64,000 nt of DNA, taken from assembly GCF_963921235.1 (NCBI RefSeq), contig NC_086097.1, forward strand, positions 245,646,001 to 245,710,000. Direction: 5' to 3'. Below, piece after piece: positions 26,783-38,075 of the stretch. The notes under the pieces are model-generated. The model was not told the DNA's origin. It did not search any database and saw only the letters and a list, made by a program, of their open reading frames with translations. The position numbers were made by a program, and so were the translations under genes. The stretch comes from Mobula hypostoma (lineage: Eukaryota). How positions within the stretch are numbered: the stretch's first letter is position 1; each line of letters begins with the position of its first letter.

Positions 26783-29619
26783 TTGATGGTGAGAGAGAGA
26801 GTCTGCTGATTCTCAAGTCAGGACAGCTTGAATAAGTGACGCTGCAGACTGTAACATTGAAACGGAGCTGTTGGTCTCCCATCTCGCTCTGGCAGGAGCA
26901 ATATCTCTCCTTTATTAGTGAGCAAGAGAGCCTGACATCGAAGTGTTTTGATGGGCAGCAGTTTTGATGGACTTTCGATCATGTCTCTGGGGGCATGCTA
27001 CTGGTTGCATGGTGGGTGTGGGGGAGGGTTGATGTTTTTGCTTCTGCGTGTGGGGGGGGGGTGTAGCTTTGGGGGTTGTAACATTTTTCTGCCATTCATT
27101 CTTTGAGGCTTTTTCTCACTGTTTTATGGATATCTGGGAAGAGTAAGGATATCCGGTTCTATACTGTATACATTCTCTGATACTAAATGGGACCATTGAA
27201 CTATTGAACCTATCACCCTCCGCTTTAAATATACTCAGTTTCTGGATGACAGTTCTCCTGTTAAGCCACTATTCTAGTTAACTCTTTCTAATTCCAATTA
27301 TCCTTCCTCCATTTTGAGACTCGGGAGGTTGGGCAAGGATGTGGTGTCTTTTTCTGTGCCATTTCATCGAATTATGTTCATGTCATCAAAAATTGAAAGA
27401 AATAGATTGCATCAGAGTAACACCATGTACTGTTTTATGAACTTTTGAAGTGTTGTCACTGATCTAGAACAAGGAGCTCAGACGCGAATTGTGAAGCTCC
27501 TTCGAATACGGCTAAGAGCATGGAAAATAGAAGAAGTGTGATTATTCCCAGCTTAAAGCTCATCTCGCCCCACCACACAGAGCAGTTTTTAATGACAAAA
27601 TGCCCCTCCAATCCAAACAAATGCTGCACTCAGTGTCAAAAGATCCATCTATTTCGAAGTCCAGTTCGTATTAAAATCCTGGGAGAACAAATTCACGGAG
27701 TAAAATTGATTCGACTGCTGCTCCCCATTACTCTCGCTGTCTCCCATTTAGCATGTTAGTTTCCTGACAGAAGAGTACACAGCACTTAGCAGCTGGTTTG
27801 TGGAACCATCAGTCAGGAAATTGTATGATAAATAGCAGGTATGGAGGTTTAGTGGCACTTTGTTCTGCCTCAGCAGTTTTAGCCTGACTTTGGAAAAGTC
27901 ATCATGTGGCGTTTTGTCAAGGGTTGCAACAGAAGATAGTAACAGTACAGTTACTTATTACACAGACACTTGAGTTATGATGTTCTCCAGATGTATTGTT
28001 CGTGTGTGAATAATAATTCACGGGATGGATAATTATCCTGGAGCTAGTCAATGCAGACCACTTCCAACCACACCGGCTTTGTCCTCTGCAGACTCTCGAG
28101 TGATGATGGACTGTCTCTGTATTGTGGCGCAGAGCTGTTGGAAGACGGGGGTAGAGATGAACGATTGCTCCAAGAGTTGAGTTCATTTATTTAAGGCCGA
28201 GTTCTGATGGTAATGGAATTCATTGGTTTTGTTCTATTTGTGACAGTTAATCTGCTTGTGTATGGGCGCCACATTACCTTAGGGTAGTTTTATTTCTTTT
28301 TTTTTGTTCGGCAGTGAGTTCATTCAGCAGGTTTTTAATATCACAAAAAACTATGAGACTATAAGACATAGGAGCAGAATTAGGCCATGCAGCCCACCGA
28401 GTCTGCTCTACTATTTCATCATGGCTGATTTATTATCCCTCTGAATCCCTTTCTCCCTCCTTCTCCTGTAGTATTTCACACCCTTACTTGTCAACCTCCA
28501 CTTCACATGGAGAACCTAAGACCATAAGATAGAGGAGCAGAATTAGGCCATTTGGCCCATCGAGTCTGCTCCACCATTTCATCACAGCTGATCCATTTCT
28601 CTCCCAGCCCCACTCCCTGGCCTTCTCCCCTTAACCTTTCACACCCTGTCTAAGCAAGAACCTATCAACCTTTACCTTAAATATACCCAGTGACTTGACC
28701 TCTACTGCCACTTCTATTCTGAGGCTGTACCCTCTGGTCCTAGGCCCCCCCCCCCTATAAAAAATATCCTCTCTACATCCACTCGATTTAGGCCTTTTGA
28801 TATTCAATAGTTTCCAATGAGATAACTGCCTCTTTCTTCTAAACTCCAGTGAGTACAGACCCAGAGCCATCAAGTGCTCCTCAGGCATTAACACTTTCAT
28901 TCCTGAGATCCTTCTCATGATGAATATTCATGCTATACACCTGATAGCAAGGTGTAAATCATACCCATGCCTCCTTAGAGACTGGAGCCTTAATCCAGCA
29001 CCTTCGACTGCTCGGCGAAACAAGTATTAAAGGTTCTGTCTCAAACAGGAGATGCTGCCTAGCCTGCTGGGTTCCTCCATCATTTTGTGTGTGTTAAGTA
29101 TTAAATGCTCTCTGTGTTTAATTATTTTTGGCCACTGCGTTGTATACTATTGCTGGCTGGTGGTCAGGAGGCTGCGTGATGGTGGCTCTCCACGGAAAGA
29201 TTGAGTTTCTTTCTTGTTAACGTTTTCCGGGTGGGCAATATGTCAGTTCTTCTGCGAGGGCATGGTTGGGGATTTGGGGTCTGACGATCTTGTTGTGGTT
29301 TTTCCATGTGGGTGATCTGTTAGTTTTTTGTGTGTGAGGGAGGGGTTGGGGGGGGGTTTGGGGTTTGCGAGCTTTGTTTCTTTTTCTTTTTCGTGCCGGT
29401 GGGGGAGGTTGATGTTTTATCTTTCAACAACCCCCATGGTGTTTCTGTATTTCACGGCTATCTGGAGAAAGCGTATCTCAGAGTTGTATTCTGTGTACAT
29501 ACTTCGATAATAAAATTAACCTTTGAACTTTGTTAAGTTTGATTCCCTTCAAGCCCACCTGGGAGATCACTTGCTCCCAGATCTACTGGAACTCTGGGTC
29601 ATGTATGCAGAGTCCTTAA

Positions 29620-30512
29620 GATCAGAATGTAGTATATTATTAATGATAAACATCATGAAATGTGTTCTTTTGTAGCAGCAGTACAGTGCAATGCGTAAAA
29701 CATACAACATTACACTAAGAAATATATATTAAAAAATAAGTAAGTGATGCAAAAAAAAGAACAAAAATAATGAGGTAGTATTAATGGGTTTAGAGATTGT
29801 TCAGAAATCTGATGTCAGAGGGGAAGAAGCTGTTCCCAAAGAGTTGAGTGTGTGTTTTCAGGCTCCTGTACCTCCAGCTTGATGGTAGCAATGAGAAGGG
29901 GACATGTCCTGAGTGAAGAGGATATTCTTGAGCCATCACCTTTTGAAGATGTCCTTTACGCTGGGGAGGTTAGTGCCCATGATGGAGCTGGCTGAGTTTA
30001 CAACTTTCTGCAGCTTTTTCCAATCCTGTGCCGCGGCCCCTCCATACCAGATGGGATGCAACCAGTTAGAATGCTCTCCGCAGTACATCTGTAGAAATTT
30101 GCAAGTGTCTTTGGTGACAGACTAAAATCTCCTCAAACTCCTCATGAAATGTAGCCGCTGATGTGCCTTCTTTGTAATTGCACCAATATGTTGGGCTCAG
30201 GATGGATCTTCAGAGATGTTGACACCCAGGAACTTGAAACTGCTCATCCTTTCCACTTCTGATCCTTCAATGAGGACTGGTGTGTGTTCCCTTCCTGAGG
30301 TCCACACTCAATTCCTTGGTCTTACTGACACTGAGTGTAACACTGTTGTGACACCACCAAACCAGCTGATCTATCTCACTGCCGTACGCCTCCCCATTGC
30401 CACCTAAGATTCTGCCAACAACATTTGTGTTACCGGAGAATTCATGAATGGCATTACCACTGTGTTTAGCCAGACAGCCATGGGTGTAGAGAGAGTATAG
30501 CAGTGGGATAAA
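29620..30512 (-). mobile_element. Rex1/Babar-like non-LTR retrotransposon 3' fragment; related pieces at about 13320-13810, 37270-37745, 43231-43536, 46530-46985(+), 48560-49090, 54040-55020(+)
   Basis: NFYRC..ESILTGCI..W..G and LPSG.RY motifs recur in these copies (e.g. FYRCVVERILTGCITAWYGN near 46540). Clade assignment is tentative. Confidence 0.65.
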
Positions 30513-31108
30513 GTGGAAAAAAGAGGTGAAATTGTTGCTATTGTTATTGCGGTGACACAGAGCAAAAAAGGGTAAAGATCACAGTTTCTTGTAGAAAGTG
30601 AAGATAGGGTTCAGAACTTCTGCCGTTTGCAGGCCCAGCAGGAAAATCCATCTTGCTATTGATTTAGGTCCAAAGGGTCATTGTACATCACAGCACAAAA
30701 ATAAGCCATTCATCCCATCTAGCCTGTTCCAAACTATTATTCTGCCTAGTCCCATCCACCAGCACCCAGATCATAGCCTTCCATAACCCCGTCAACCATG
30801 TAGAGTCACTGAAAAGTACCGCACAGAAGCAGACTAATTGGTCCATAATGAACCATTTAAACTGCCTAGTCCCGTCAACTGCACCCAGACCATAGCCCTC
30901 CATGCCCAACCCATCCGTGTGTTTAATGCAGTATCTTGCATCCACAACTTCCACTGGCAGCCTGCTCCACACTTTCACCACCCCCCCCCCCGAATGAAGA
31001 AGTTCCCCCTCATGTTCCCCATAAACATTTCACCTTTCACCCTTAACCCACTGACCTCCAGTTCTAGTCTCACCCAAACTCAGTGGAAGAAGCCTGCTTG
31101 GATTTTCT

Positions 31109-31161
31109 AACACAAGAGATCCTGCAGATGCTGGAAATCCAGAGTAACACACACACACACA

Positions 31162-31201
<40 letters not shown>

Positions 31202-31300
31202 GCTGGAGATGCTCAGCAGGTCAGGCAGCATCTACGGAGAGGAATAAACTCTCAATGGTTTTGGGCTGAGACATTTCATCAGGACTGGAAAGGAAGCCAG
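31109..31300 (-). mobile_element. Penelope-like terminal repeat with an expanded (AC)n tract (31147-31198)
   Basis: Shares the ctgcagatgctggaaat..cagcaggtcaggcagcatcta..catcaggactgg terminus with other copies. Confidence 0.8.
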
Positions 31301-32749
31301 TACTGTTTTCATTTACTCTATCTACACCTCTCATAATTTTGTATCCATCTTGCAAATTTCCCCTCATTCTTCTACAGTCCAGGGAATAAGTTCTAGACTA
31401 TTCAACTTATCCCTCTAACTCAGGTCATTAAGTTCTGACAGCATCCTTTGTTGAGTCTACGGTTAGGTTACTGCTAGAGAACTGTTCTGATGGCTTTATG
31501 TGTCAAATACAGGAACATAAATTCACCAGTTGTTTATTTTAGGCAGCTGTTCCAAGTTCTCTCCAGCGTGATTGATTCCAAAAGGAGTTCTTTTGCAGCA
31601 ACAGATCCTAATGGTTTGTGTAATATGTAAATAAACTTCCCATTCCAATTCACGGGGTTCGGGTAAAAACTACCCTTGTTTATTAACTTATTGAAATACC
31701 AGAAAAAAATTTTGGGAAGGAATCCTAACTCACTATATGTGGCAAAAATAGAAAAGATAGAGGTTAGATAAACACAAGAGAATCTGCAGATGGTGGAAAC
31801 CCAGAGCAGCACACGCAAAATGCTGGAGGTCAGGCAGCATCTTTAAAGGGGAATGAACGGCCAATGTTATGGACAGGAAAGGAAGGGAAAAAGAAGATTC
31901 AAAGGATTCCAAGTAAGTTTATTATCAAAGTCTGTTTGCAGGTATACAACCCTGAGATTCATCTTCCCCACAGACAGCCACGAAGCAAAGAAAGAAAACT
32001 ATGGAACCCATTCAAAGAAAAACATCAGACCCCCAACACGCAAAAAAAGAACAAATCACGCCAAATGACAAAAAGACGAGCTTAAGACACAGAACATAAA
32101 ACACTAAATCACAAACCATTGAAACATATAAAGTTCGGTTCAGTTCAGTTCAATCAACATCAGTCCGCAGAATCCCATCCACCTCGGTCAAAAACGCACA
32201 AAATAGCAAGTACAAAGTAGAAGGAGTGACCAGAAACCAGAAATAAATCGTAACGTGAACCCCAGAGTCCAACCCGCAAACTGCATCGATTAAACCTTGC
32301 CCAAGACAGGACTCCAGCAGCATCGAGCAAGAGGGAGAAAGAGAGACTATTTGAATGCAGGAACCTTCCTCCGTCGGCAGCGGACGAGAAGCTGGTAGAC
32401 ATTGCTGAACATCTTCTCACCTTCTGCTGTCGCCTCGATGATTTCAATCTTCCTCAACACTTTAACCGTCGAAATCTGCAAGAAGTGGGGTTGATCGTGG
32501 CCTTGCACCCCATCTCCAGTCTTCCTGGCTTACAGGCCGCACACTTCAGAACCCCCTTGGAGACAGCAAAGCGCCAGGTCGCTCAATCGGCCCAAAAACG
32601 CACTGTCAAACTGTAGAACACAGGCTCCAACAGCAGCAGAACCACACCCAGTAGACAAGGAGGTGAAAGAAGTTGTTTCGTGGACAGTCTGATGCTTGTT
32701 ACCCTTGGTCACATTGTTCACTGGCACCATCTTCCAACCAGAACACAGA

Positions 32750-33150
32750 GGAATGAGGGTGGGGAAGTATCAGAAAGCTGGGTGTTGGAACAGGTGAAGA
32801 GCTGAAGAAGAGGGAATGTGATCGGAAAGGACAGTGAGTCATAGGAGAAGGGGCAGCAGAGGGAGGTGATGGGTAGATGAGGCGAAGAAGGATAAGAGGG
32901 GAGCCAGAATGGGGAATTGAAAATCAGAGAAGGAGAAGTGGGGATAAATTACCGCAAGTTGGAGAAAATGATGTTCATACCGTTAGGTTGGAGGCTTCCC
33001 AGATGGAATATGAAGTGTTGCTCCTTTAGCCTGATAGTGGCCTCGTCGTGGCAGTAGAGGAGGCCATGGACCAACATGTTGGAATGGGGATTAGAAGTAG
33101 AACTAAGATGTGTGGCCACCAGGAAATCCCGCTTGTTGTGGCGGACCAAA
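32750..33150 (-). mobile_element. Penelope-like GIY-YIG C-terminal fragment
   Basis: ORF 32949-33200 VHGLLYCHDEATIRLKEQHFIFHLGSLQPNGMN. Confidence 0.85.
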
Positions 33151-34453
33151 TGAGACAAAATAAGCCAGGTGACTAGGTCATGAACTGCTGAGTTTATCAA
33201 GCCTGTAATTGCAGATGTATGAACCAGGCTGGCTTTCCAATGTCACTGTAAACACCCAGAGGTCAGTGAACACCCGCAGTAGCCACCTAGGAAGATAATT
33301 TTCATTGAATACCCTCACTCCATCCACTCCGAAAGTCAGGATCTCCTCTCGTCCTAGACTCTCCCACTATTGGAAACATCCTTGCCGCGTTCCAGTCTAG
33401 CTAGGCCTATCATTTCCCTAGGTATCAGAGCATCAATTAACCCTTTCTCAATACACAGTACAAAACCTGTTTCCTCGTTAGCCCCTTGACACATTGATCA
33501 AGGAAGCTATCTGAGCCATCTCTTATACACCACTTTAATTGATTTTCCACGTTATTACTGATTATTCGGTTTACCCAGTCAGTTTTCATGTAGATTAACA
33601 CCCTTTGTAATTCCGATACCATTGTTACAGGGAATTTTTTTGATTTGTGTTGTGTCCAGCATTACCAGTAATGTTTGGAGTCTACACGCCTTCTTGAGTC
33701 GTTTTCTGCCTTTTCACCCAACCTGATTCTAAATTTATTTCTTTTCTGAGATAAGATGTTTCCTCGCGGCTGCCTTCATCCCATTCTTTAATACGAGGAT
33801 TATGTTTTCCATTTCAGTTCATCTCTTCTAAAAGTTAAGAATCCTGGAATAACTAATTCTGAGCCAGGTGGCATGGTAGTGCAGGGATTTACAGCATCAG
33901 GAATCACCAATCAGTGTGTTCAATTCCCTCCGCTGTCTGGAAGGAGTTTGTAGGTTCTCCCTGTGGTTGTGTCGGTTTCCTCTGGGTGCTCCGGTTTCCT
34001 CCTACTTTCCAAGGACATGCGGGTTAGGGTTAGTGAGCTGTGGGCACACTAGGTCAGCGCCGGAAGTTTGGCGACACTTACGGGCTGCCCCCAGCACAAG
34101 TCTCGGACTGTGCTGTTCATTGACGCAAGCAATATATTCCACTGTTTGCTTTGATATACATGTGACATATAAAGTTAATGTAATAGTTTTGCAACCACGA
34201 TATCTGTGTGATAGGCAGTAGATTATATCCATGTTTGAGCCATTAATTAGGCCAACATTTGTGCTTTTAGATAATGATATAAAACACAGAACATAGAGCA
34301 CTACAGCACAGTACAGGCTATTTGGCCCACAATGTTGTGACGACCTTTTATCCTACTCTAAATTCAATCTAAACCTTCCCCACCAACACATATAGCCCTC
34401 CATTTTTCTATCATCCATGTGCCTATCTAAAAGTCTCTTAAATGCCCCTAATG

Positions 34454-34533
34454 CGAGGGTTCCAACTTTTTCTTATGCCATGGACGAATGCGATTAAGCA
34501 AGGGGTCTGTGGAAGCCAGGTTGGGAACCCTTG
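34454..34533. mobile_element. 80-bp hAT-type MITE inserted in a CR1 fragment
   Basis: Imperfect TIRs cgagggttccaac / gttgggaacccttg. Perfect 8-bp TSD CCCTAATG at 34446-34453 and 34534-34541. Confidence 0.85.
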
Positions 34534-35768
34534 CCCTAATGTATCTGCCTCTACTACCACCCTTGACAGGGTGTTCTATGCACCCACTACTCTCTGTGTA
34601 AAAAAACCTACTTCTGATGTCCCACTATACTTTCCTCCAATCACTTTAAAACTATGTCCACTTGTGTTAGCTGCTTCCACCTTGGGGAGAAACAACTCTC
34701 TGGTTATCCACCCGATCTCTGCCTCTCTCTGGCTAGCTACTCAATTTGTGGCCACTGTGGATAAAAGTCCAAAAAAAAACCTTGCTTGGATATGAGGAAA
34801 CATCTGGGAGGTTAACAAGGTTGTGATTCAGAGCGTCTGGCTTAGAGAACCTACGCCAAACAGCGACTGCTAATGCTGTGCTGTTCTCCACGATTCCATA
34901 AGCATTCAGAACATTTTCTGTGTAGTATTGATTTTCTATTAAAATAGCTGATGGTTCAGGATCATCCCCTGTCAGCACTGCATTAGTACTAGGATTCTGT
35001 TGGTGCCAGAGTTCCTGTAAGTCACGGCAAGAAAGGAATATATGGTGCTTCCCAGTATGGACAGAGTGGGAAGTCCAGTAGCGTAATATCCCGGTCTGTT
35101 CCGGCAATTCAACTGTGCTGACATGGAAGAAGCTTCAGAGGGTAGTGGACATGAGATTCTGCAGAGGCTGGAAATCCGGAGCAACACGCACACAAAATGC
35201 TGGAGGAACTCGGCAGGTCGGGCAGCATCTATGGAGGGGAATGATCAGCTGACGTTTTGGGCTGAGACCTCCATCAGGACTGGAAAGGAAGGGGACAGAA
35301 GCCAGAATAAGGGGGTGGGGGGAGAGTACAAACTGGAAAGTGGCAGGTAACAAATCTCTGGGTTGTTCTGTAAATTCACTCTGAGATGAAGTTCCTGCTG
35401 CTGTGTTGATTCAATTACAAGTGGGCACCACAGTAACTTTGTGGTTAGCACAGCGCTATTACAGCTCGGGACACTGGAGTTCAGAGTGGAATTCTGGCAT
35501 CCTCTGTAAAAAAGTTTCTACGTTCTGCACATGGGTCACTTCCAGGTGATCCAAGTTTCCTCCCACAGTCTAATGATGTACTGGTGAGCAGGTTGATTGG
35601 CCATTGTAAATTGCCCTGTGGTTAGGCTCAGGGTAAATCGATCTGTTGCAGCTTGGAGGGCCAGAAGGGCCTTTTCCACATTGCATCTTTAAAATAAAAT
35701 AAAATTTATTTGCCAGGTAAAATGGTAATACAGTAAATAACAGTTTTAATATAAGCAAATTCAGCAGC

Positions 35769-36160
35769 TGGGTGGAGATATATCTCTACCAAAGGAGGTG
35801 TAAGACGCACCTTCCATCCGCTAGTCTGCAGGTCACGCTTGGGCGAGGTGTAGCACCGGCTTAGCACCTCCCCCACCCCCACCCCCGGGATCAGGGTCAC
35901 GTGAAGCCATGAGAGCAGGTGGTGGATGGTCTTATGAGCAGTTGGTGCAGATCACAAGTCCCGGTTATGCGACCAATGATACCAGGCAGACAATCTCTGA
36001 AGAGTATTGATAATAACTGTGGTCACCCATCTTGTAAAGACACTGCCCAGAAGAAGGCAATGGCAAACCACTTCTGTAGAGGAATTTGCCAAGGACAATC
36101 ATGGTCATGGAGAGACTATGATCGCCCACGTCACACAACTCAGCACATAATGAATGAATG
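35769..36160 (+). mobile_element. RTE/BovB-related short element, longest copy; others at 14252-14358(-), 20498-20800, 39310-39410
   Basis: Four dispersed copies. Bov-A-like agaaggcaatggcaaaccacttctgta motif (about 36052-36078) and (AATG)n tail. Confidence 0.7.
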
Positions 36161-36312
36161 AGCAAATATCGATCTTCTTTTGAAATACATGTGTCCATTG
36201 TAATGTTGGCTGACTGATGAAATTCAGTGCTACCCTGTTATACATTGTGGCTGTGAAATGCACTTTGAAGTTCACCTCTAAATTTTCTGCTTCCTGTTCT
36301 TCCACGTTACAG

Positions 36313-36418
36313 CTCCACACCCGCTTTTCCCGAACTTCCACCCACCTGTTCCAATTGACGCCAGGCATCACGAGGGCCGCTATCACTATGACCCGTCTCC
36401 TCTCGGCCCACTGCACAT
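36313..36418 (+). CDS. GLI3: Internal coding exon of a GLI-family zinc-finger transcription factor (N-terminal region, GLI3-like)
   Basis: Polypyrimidine tract plus acceptor (ttttctgcttcctgttcttccacgttacAG) and donor (AT|GTGAGT). The 106-bp exon (phase 1 to phase 2) reads [36 protein letters not shown], matching GLI3 [35 protein letters not shown] as I recall it. GLI family is secure; paralogue identity is less so. Confidence 0.88.
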
Positions 36419-37799
36419 GTGAGTATGATTCCTCACCGAACTGATTAACCTTTGTTAGTGACATTGGTGCGATTAACTGTTCATCTGCACTGGGCAAATG
36501 GAATTGTATGTACCTTGATGGCCTTTTCATCAATATAGAGATTGTTTTTAAGCACTGGCCCTGGTTCTTTGCAGTGGAAAGTGGAAATACTGTAGGCAAG
36601 TTGCTTTCCTATTCCATGACACTGACACTGATAAGGGTAAGGAACTTGGTCCTTACAGGAATGAATGGCGTGATGTTCTGAAACTCCATCAGAAAGCATC
36701 AGAAGAAAAGTTGTAACTTATCCATTCAAGAATAAATGAATTCTTAAATGTGCTAATCAGATAAATACTGCCTAACACTCTCTCCACCAATGAAAAATGA
36801 CAAATTGGCTGTCTCACTGCTTTAGATTTTGATTACCGTGCAAAACTATAACAAAAGTTTCAAACATTCTTCTTATACATCTCATCCGGGTACTCACTTT
36901 ACGATCTTTCTTGACCAATTTTTCAGTTCCTATACACTTGACTTTGAATTCTGTATTCTAATCTACACTTTGGTTTAGATGGCAAAGTACTTTTTTGAGG
37001 AGGTAGCCTGATTAAGGTTTTGCATACGTTATGGTCTATCTTGGTCTTTGCAATGTTTTGGACAAGGCAGCATGTGGCAAGCAGGTTAAGCAAGTAAGAT
37101 CCCCACAGGATCCAAGGGAGAGTGGTCGTTGGATGGAAAAGTTCTCAAAAGCGAAAAGACAAAACGGTTGATGGATGTGTTTGCTTCTAAAAGACTGTTG
37201 CTAGATCAATAAAATTTTTAGAACAACATACATATTACCTCTGTTAGCCAATGCACAGAATATAGACTTGGAATCAAGTTTATGATCACTGACCTATGGC
37301 ATGAGATTTGTTGTTTTACGGTGCAAGACAAAATTAGTATGAGTTACAAAAATAAGAAATAATGCAAAAGACGAAGACTGACGTTGTGTTCATGGACTGT
37401 TCATAAGTCTGATGGCAGAGGGGAAGAAACTGTTCTTATAATGTTGAGTGTGGCTCTTCAAGACCCTGTACCTCCTCCCTGATGGTAGTAACGAGAAAGG
37501 GGACAGATCCAGCGTGTTGAGGGCATTGAACGATGTTCTTCAGGTACTGCCTCCTGAAGTTGACAGGGATGATCCTGCCCGAGTTGGAGCTGGCTGACAC
37601 TGTGGGACTTTGCAGCCTCTTTCAACTCTGTGCATGGGAGCTCCTTCCGAGGCTGTGATGCACCCAGTCGGTATGCTCTCCGCAGTACATCTGTAGGAAT
37701 CTGCAAGATTCTGTGGCGGCACACTAAATCCCCTGAAACTCCAAGCAGAGTGTTTATGTTAGAACTGTATACCGCAATACTGGACGTTTATGTATTTGT

Positions 37800-38075
37800 T
37801 TGTTTGTTGAGCTACAGCACCGAATCAGCCCTTTGAACTGCGCTTCCCAGCAAACCCCCGATTTAATCCTAGCCTAATCACAGGACAATTTACAATGACC
37901 TATTAACCCACCAACCGGTAGGTCTTTGGACTGTGACAGGAAATCAGAGAACCCAGAGGAAACTCACATGGTCACGAGTAGAAAGTACAAACTCCTTATA
38001 GGCAGCGACAGGAATTGAACCCGGGTCGCCTGCACTGTAAAGCGTTGTGCTAACCACTACGCTACCGTGCCAGCC
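37800..38075 (-). mobile_element. tRNA-derived HE1-like SINE; other copies about 6955-7210(-), 18440-18685(-), 33865-34020, 35425-35700, 55825-55985, 59798-60143, 61630-61830
   Basis: Minus strand has A-box (tagcgtagtggttag) and B-box (ggttcaattcc) head, central ggtttcctc..tctg..ttcct..cacagtccaaagac domain and a CR1-like tail. Confidence 0.85.

Noticed and set aside
26383..26835. 150-aa Ser/Leu-rich ORF
   Set aside because: Open only because it runs through the (CT)n tract.
28106..28126. ATG GAC TGT CTC TGT ATT GTG = MDCLCIV, the PSD-95/DLG alpha-isoform N-terminus
   Set aside because: It continues AQSC rather than TTK, has no splice donor at the expected position and lies inside an apparent GLI intron. 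Most likely chance.
34021..34033. GGGTTAGGGTTAG telomere-like repeat
   Set aside because: Only two units and part of a dispersed SINE module, not an interstitial telomere.
36217..36444. ORF-track 75-aa (+) ORF and the overlapping 164-aa (-) ORF as genes
   Set aside because: They are wrong-frame and antisense readings across the real GLI exon.
38005..38075. tRNA-like A/B boxes as tRNA genes
   Set aside because: They are SINE heads followed by SINE body; I see no complete cloverleaf.
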